A stretch of 64,000 bases of DNA from Azolla caroliniana (lineage: Eukaryota > Plantae > Polypodiophyta): NCBI GenBank assembly GCA_043228905.1, contig JBHGNT010000014.1, forward strand, positions 9,300,001 through 9,364,000, written 5' to 3'. A program made the translations under genes and the position numbers. Positions 58,500-64,000 of the stretch are shown piece by piece (positions within the stretch are counted from its first letter, which is position 1; every line of letters starts with the position of its first letter). The notes beneath the pieces were generated by a model that saw only the letters and a program-made list of their open reading frames with translations, was not told where the DNA came from and did not search any database.

Positions 58500-60103
58500 G
58501 AAGGTCATGCAGGTGACCAATGAAAAACTTCAATTAAGCCAATAGAAGAACACGATAGTTAGGTTTGGGCACAACAAGTACATGGTGCATCACTATGCAT
58601 TTGTGATGAACGTTGCGGCAAAACAAAAACTTCAAACTTCCAAAGAAGTTGCCCAAGATCCAATCCTCCAATGAAAAACTTCCTGAATCAAGCATATAGA
58701 AGAACTCGATAGTAAGGTTTGGGTACAACGAGTACATCATGCATCACTCTGCATTCCTAATGAAGGTTGTGACATACCAAAAAACTTCAAGCTTTCAAAG
58801 AAGCTTCCCAAGATCCATGGTGGATTGAGGCAAAAGGGAGGAAGGAGATGCGAATATTGGTCAACAACAATACTTGGGATTTAGTCCCAGTCTCCGAACC
58901 CGAGAAAATTACGCAAAGAGAACTAACTGCAAACTCCAACGAATTACGCAAAGAGAACACAATATCGACAGATAATTGGGAGTCATATCTCCTTGATTAT
59001 CACTTGGCAGGACCTCAACAACCCAATCGGGCTCCTTAGCTAGTTCATGCACCCCTCCACATGGATTGTGTTAAGCGAGTGGTACGATATGTGAGTGAAA
59101 AACTTGATCACGGTCTTCTACAAGCACAAAATTCCACTTCAATTGAAAGGTTTTATGGATGGTTCTTGGGCAGACAACACATTTGAGAGGATATCCACAT
59201 CTGGATTTCTGTTTTTGCTCGATAGCGAGCGATCTCCATGAGTATCAAGAAACACCCAACAATGGCTTTATCAACCACTAAGGTAGAGTGCAATACCGAT
59301 TCAATACCACAATCTCAACAACATCTAACTTCTAATGAGCTCAATGTTTCACTCAAGAACTAACCATATTGATGTGCACTATCACTTGCTCAGCAACCTG
59401 AACAAAACCCAATTAGATAAGCCTACGAAAAAACCCAAAACCTCTAATTTTTTTGTGGACATTTTTTAGAGTGGCAAGTTCGATATTGCCTTATCGAGAT
59501 TAAGTACATGGGAGAAATGTGAGTACTATGGTGTAAAAATTCAAGTTTATTCAATTGAATCTTTAACTACATCGAGACAATCGAGCTTAACAAGACACAC
59601 AATTGACCTTGAGCGGGTGTGTTGAGAATCAAGCTCAACTCATGTAAACACATGCCTATGAAGAAAAGCACAATGTGTGAAAAAGTATGTGAGCACACTT
59701 TTTTGTAATTTGTGTGAACTATCTAGTTACACAAAGAACTAAATTGTGACATCTACTTAGTTGTCAAGTGTAAATGTGGTGAAAGATTATTTGATATTCT
59801 TATGACAAAATCATATGCGAGTGGATGTTTATTACTAGACTCCACTAACCACATTGAATTAAGAACTTGTATATAAAGCCCACTTGGCCCATTGTGTTTA
59901 GTTGATCAATATAGTTTTCTCCTTAGTGCATAAGCTCTGATCCCCCTTGTTGTGTATTTTTCATTTCTGGTTGTTGTCTCTAATTCCTTCTCTTGCTCAC
60001 ACATGCACTACGCTTCCACATACCCACTCTCACACATGCTCTACACTTTCACACACTTCAAGTCCACATGGGTTAGCATTCTTTACGCTCTCGACTCTCA
60101 ACA
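58500..60103 (+). mobile_element. Highly degenerate Copia 3' half with 3' LTR 59620-60103
   Basis: RFGYNEY and NNTWDLVP remnants, KKHPTMALSTT. PPT TTGAGCGGGTG is followed by TGTTGAG...CTCAACA. Confidence 0.7.
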
Positions 60104-62163
60104 CATATTACATGAAAACACATCACGATAGTTTGATTAATCTTCATTATCTATCAATTTATATTGTATATCTCATCTAGTGCATACCTAGTCAATCTCC
60201 TTCTCTAATTTCATTGTTGCATTGGTATAGTCTTACTCGCGAGCTCAATGAAAAATCATGTGTTTTTGACAATCATGTCAGTCACAGTGCATACATGTTT
60301 CATACTTGTTGCAATATTGATGCAACTATTTTGATGTCTCATGGATAATCATCTCAACCTTGATTGTGCTCATAAGTTGTGTGCTTTTACCATAGAGCAT
60401 CAAATATAAGTCCATGTGCCCAAGCTCATAATAGATATCAATGGCGTATGAAATACATAAAGCCACATGTCAGTGGACCTAATACATAATAACCGATACA
60501 TTTCAGCTTTCGAAGGACTTAGTTTCTGAGTTATGCATTCTCACTATAAATGCTAGAGCCAAGATGGAAAGTAGATGTCATGTTCAAGATGTGTGACTCC
60601 TTAGCATACAAATCAAGCCTCCTCGACTTTTCAATTATATTGCTTTCTCATGTACCTAACCAACGTTTTCATTTATATTGCACTATGTTGTACATAATTG
60701 GTAGATACCCTCCATCATCGTGTTTAGTGCAATTTCTGATTCTAATTGGTAGATGCCCTAGATTTTCATCTTGTGCTTAGTTCTCTTAATTGTTGACGTA
60801 ACATAATCCACTTGTTCAATTATATTTCATTCTGATGTACATAGTTGATTGTTTGAGTTGACTAGCACCTTAATTGGCATCAACATTCCTAATTACGTGC
60901 ACATAGTTTATCATCATTTGTGCGCGAGGTTGTCTATCTTCATTGCTATATCAATGTATGGAAGTTGCCTTGTATGCAAATGTTGCTCTTTATTTTATTA
61001 CAAGGGTCTATGCTTGGTTTAACATTCGAAAGTACAATGTAGATCTTGACTTCAAAGTCCATAAATGGTACGATAATGCTGGGAAAATACATAATTGTGC
61101 AAGTCTCATCTATATAAATGCCTTTAGACTCCTTACTACTAATGCAAAAATTGTTCATTGAGCGATTCAATATCAAGATGTCACGGTACTAATTTGGGAG
61201 GGTGTCAAATTATAGGTTAAATGCCTGGGCTCTATCTATGGTCACTTGAACTATGTACGTACATAGCTAGATCTATGTGTGTGTAGATATAGCTATGTAC
61301 ATGTCATGGTATGTACATAATGAATGAATGGTAGTGTAGGTTTGTCTCAATGAAGAATACATTTTGTTATTATTTTTGGAAACGCGGGCGAAGAAAATGT
61401 GATAAATGCGCACAAACCGTGGGATAAAAAAGAAGCAAGACAAAAAGAAAAAGGCTCATAACATCTACGTTTTCTTGAGAGTTTGTTGGGAAGAAGAAGA
61501 AGAAGCAACAGCAGAGGAAGAAGAAGACGATGGATGGATGGATGGTTGGAGCAAAAACAGGGAATATATTCATATACATATGTATGCCTCTCACAACGAT
61601 GAAGCCCTTCTCTATCCCAAAACAAACCAAAAACAATGGAAGAATGAATAGCTGAAGCCCTAACTAGGTTAAGTAAGAAAGAAAAAGGGCAATCTCTTGC
61701 GTCTGCGTCACAGACACCGACTGACAGACAGAGTTATTTCGGCATGTCCCACTTCCCATCTTTCCCAGCCCCCAAACAAAAGATAAAAGGGAAGAGAGAG
61801 GGGGCGAGAGCGACAGTGAGAGAGAGAGAGAGAGAGGGGGGGGGGGGGGGAGAGAGAGGGAATAATATATGGGAGAGGCCCAATTGCATGAATCTTGCAT
61901 TCCCATTCTTAATGGCCGCGCATAGCTGTGAGCTGTGAGGGGTTGAATCGGATTAGCGTGTCTGTCATATGTTGGACGAGAGAAAATAGCAGACGGGAAC
62001 TCTGGATTATTGCGTGGCTACGTCCGTCCTCCATAGCAGCAACAATAGTAGTAGACAATTCTGAGAATGTGGAGCAGCAGGAGGGGGCCATCCGACAAGA
62101 AGTATGTGGAGGAGGAGATGCAGCCGCTGGGCAGACGAAACAGTGGGGAACTGAATATCGGCT

Positions 62164-62203
62164 GTTATGGTTATGGTTATGGTTATGGTTATGGTTATGG
62201 TTA
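62164..62203 (+). repeat. (GGTTAT)n microsatellite in the phytocyanin leader
   Basis: About 6.5 tandem hexamers. Confidence 0.9.
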
Positions 62204-62216
62204 CAGTAGTAGTAGC

Positions 62217-62436
62217 ATGATGATCATGGATCCACAGCAGCAACTGAGAGATATGCATCTGCTCTTATTTGTGGTGGTGCTCAGCACGGTGGCCCTGATG
62301 GCACGTGGTGCGTATTCCGCTGATTTTGACGTCGGCGGTTCCGCTGGCTGGACCCTCCCCTCTGCTGCGGACGCGCTTAATTACACCTCCTGGGCCAACT
62401 CTCAAATCTTCGTTGTGGGAGATGTTCTCTGTATGT

Positions 62437-62470
<34 letters not shown>

Positions 62471-63014
62471 CTAATTCCATATGATCGACCAAGATTTGTG
62501 TGCTTTTTGAATACTCAAAGTAAGATCTAACGTTGATCTGTTTTGTGTGCATGTTTTTCTTGTGTTGCTGCGGGTGGTGGTAGATTTTAACTACAACAGG
62601 GCGTATCACAACGTGATGGTGGTGAGGAGGACAAATTACGAGAGATGTGATGGTGCCAATCCCATCCTAAGCTACGATGATGGCTTCACTAACTTTACGT
62701 TGAGTAGGCCAGGCACTTTCTACTTCATGTGTAGTGTGCCGTCCCACTGTGAGCTTGGCCAGAAGGTTGCCATTCATGTCCGGAAACACCCCCTTCAATC
62801 CAGCAGCAGCAGCCCAAGCCCAAGCCCAAGCCCAAACATAAGCATTATTAGCCCCAACGCAGCAGCCACTCCCTCGTCGTCCTCCGCCAACAACAACTCC
62901 CCTCCTCCCTTCGCTCCCAATGACAGCCGCCATTCCGCCGCCACGCCCTACAACCTCCACCTCATCTTCCTCGCTTCCATCATCATCTCTCTAATCCCAT
63001 TCCACCCACTTTAA
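62217..63014 (+). CDS. Phytocyanin (stellacyanin/mavicyanin-type blue copper protein) with Pro/Ser-rich tail and probable GPI signal; exons 62217-62430 and 62584-63014
   Basis: Signal peptide, then FDVGGSAGW..NYTSWA..FVVGDVL|YFNY..HNV..YERC..YFMCSVPSHCELGQKV (H, C, H, Q ligands). GT-AG intron 62431-62583 is in phase. The start is ambiguous (in-frame ATGs at 62067, 62118, 62217, 62253). Confidence 0.92.
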
Positions 63015-63899
63015 ACACCACCTCTGCTACTTACTACCCCTCTTATCCTTCTTCTTCTTCTTCTTCTTCTTCTTCTGCATGCATCTTCATCATCATCATC
63101 ATTCTACACCCCCCCCTACAACAACACATGCACTCCCACTCCCATTCCTTTCTTCTTGGTATGGACGCTACTCCTGTCTACTCATACATACATACATGCA
63201 TACATACATACATACTTATCTTCTTCACCATGCTTCCTAATCAATGTTTTGATATACCATGTTCGACTAATTAATGACATCACTATGTACTGCTCAAGAA
63301 TGTGTTAATCAATGCGTTGTTCCCATTCTTCCTTCTCAACACATACATATATGTATGCATCACATACATCATCATTGAGAACTCCAACTCATCTCGATTT
63401 TTATCATCCTCTATCACGCCATATTTTCTTCAACTTATGTACTTCCAGCAATAGATAAAGTCTAGTACTTCTACTAATGTCTTGTGTTCGTCTCGACTGA
63501 TATATATATATATATATATATATATTCTTGCATAGCTTTTCCAATCATAATGTTGAAGTTTAATATTGATTAATATAAGTGCACGTTTATTATTTGCCAA
63601 CTTTACTTTGGAGATAAACCTTAGCTGGCAGGTAATTAGTAGAGCTGCACAGTGTAATTGGCCACTTACGATCCTTCCATCGATGCTTCAAATCTGTTAG
63701 GTGGATTTTCAATTTGCGTTTGGCGCAGGTGGACGCATTATGTTGTGAGCGACAAGCAGTGCAGGACAAGAAAGAGCCTAGTAAGCAATCACCCGGCGGG
63801 CATTAAACACTGTTTCAAACGAGAAGTGTCAGTCCAAATTATCCTTAGCAGTCATGGAGAGGCCGATAATGGCTTGCTTCATTCTTATATGCGCGGAAT

Positions 63900-64000
63900 C
63901 GGGATCAATCAAGTAGACAACACAGGAATTGATAAATGTAACAAGAGAAACAGAGCACACAATATTTTAACGTGGAAAACTACGGGACCCTTCGGGTAAG
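63900..64000 (-). repeat. Probable edge of another Copia LTR
   Basis: TTAACGTGGAAAAC motif as at 23029 and 38083; runs off the window. Confidence 0.4.

Noticed and set aside
60104-62066. Short ORFs upstream of the phytocyanin
   Set aside because: No domains; AT-rich or microsatellite-derived intergenic and promoter DNA.

Overview
Eukaryotic, repeat-dense plant DNA, most likely from a seed-free land plant such as a fern, lycophyte or bryophyte (inferred from the retroelement lineages). Most of 1-60100 is a multi-level nest of LTR retrotransposons, labelled A-M here. The Ty1/copia elements are A, G, H, J and two older fragments. The Ty3/gypsy elements are chromovirus-type (B, C, D, E, M), one non-chromovirus (I) and a tRNA-Trp-primed group (F, K, L). 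Many boundaries are fixed by TG..CA ends, PBS/PPT and TSDs. One ordinary host gene lies at the right end: a 2-exon stellacyanin-type phytocyanin. The most unusual item is a spliced, decayed minus-strand gene at about 36584-39900 encoding a ParB/Srx-like domain fused to a bacterial-type beta-class N6-adenine/N4-cytosine DNA methyltransferase. It has four phase-consistent introns and sits next to an array of about two dozen 23-bp palindromes. Other notable signals are antisense tRNA-like Pol III cassettes in the LTRs of two different gypsy lineages, covarying self-priming sites, an LTR fold-back joined exactly at the primer site, and a probable -1 frameshift site. All calls are by eye; no searches were run.
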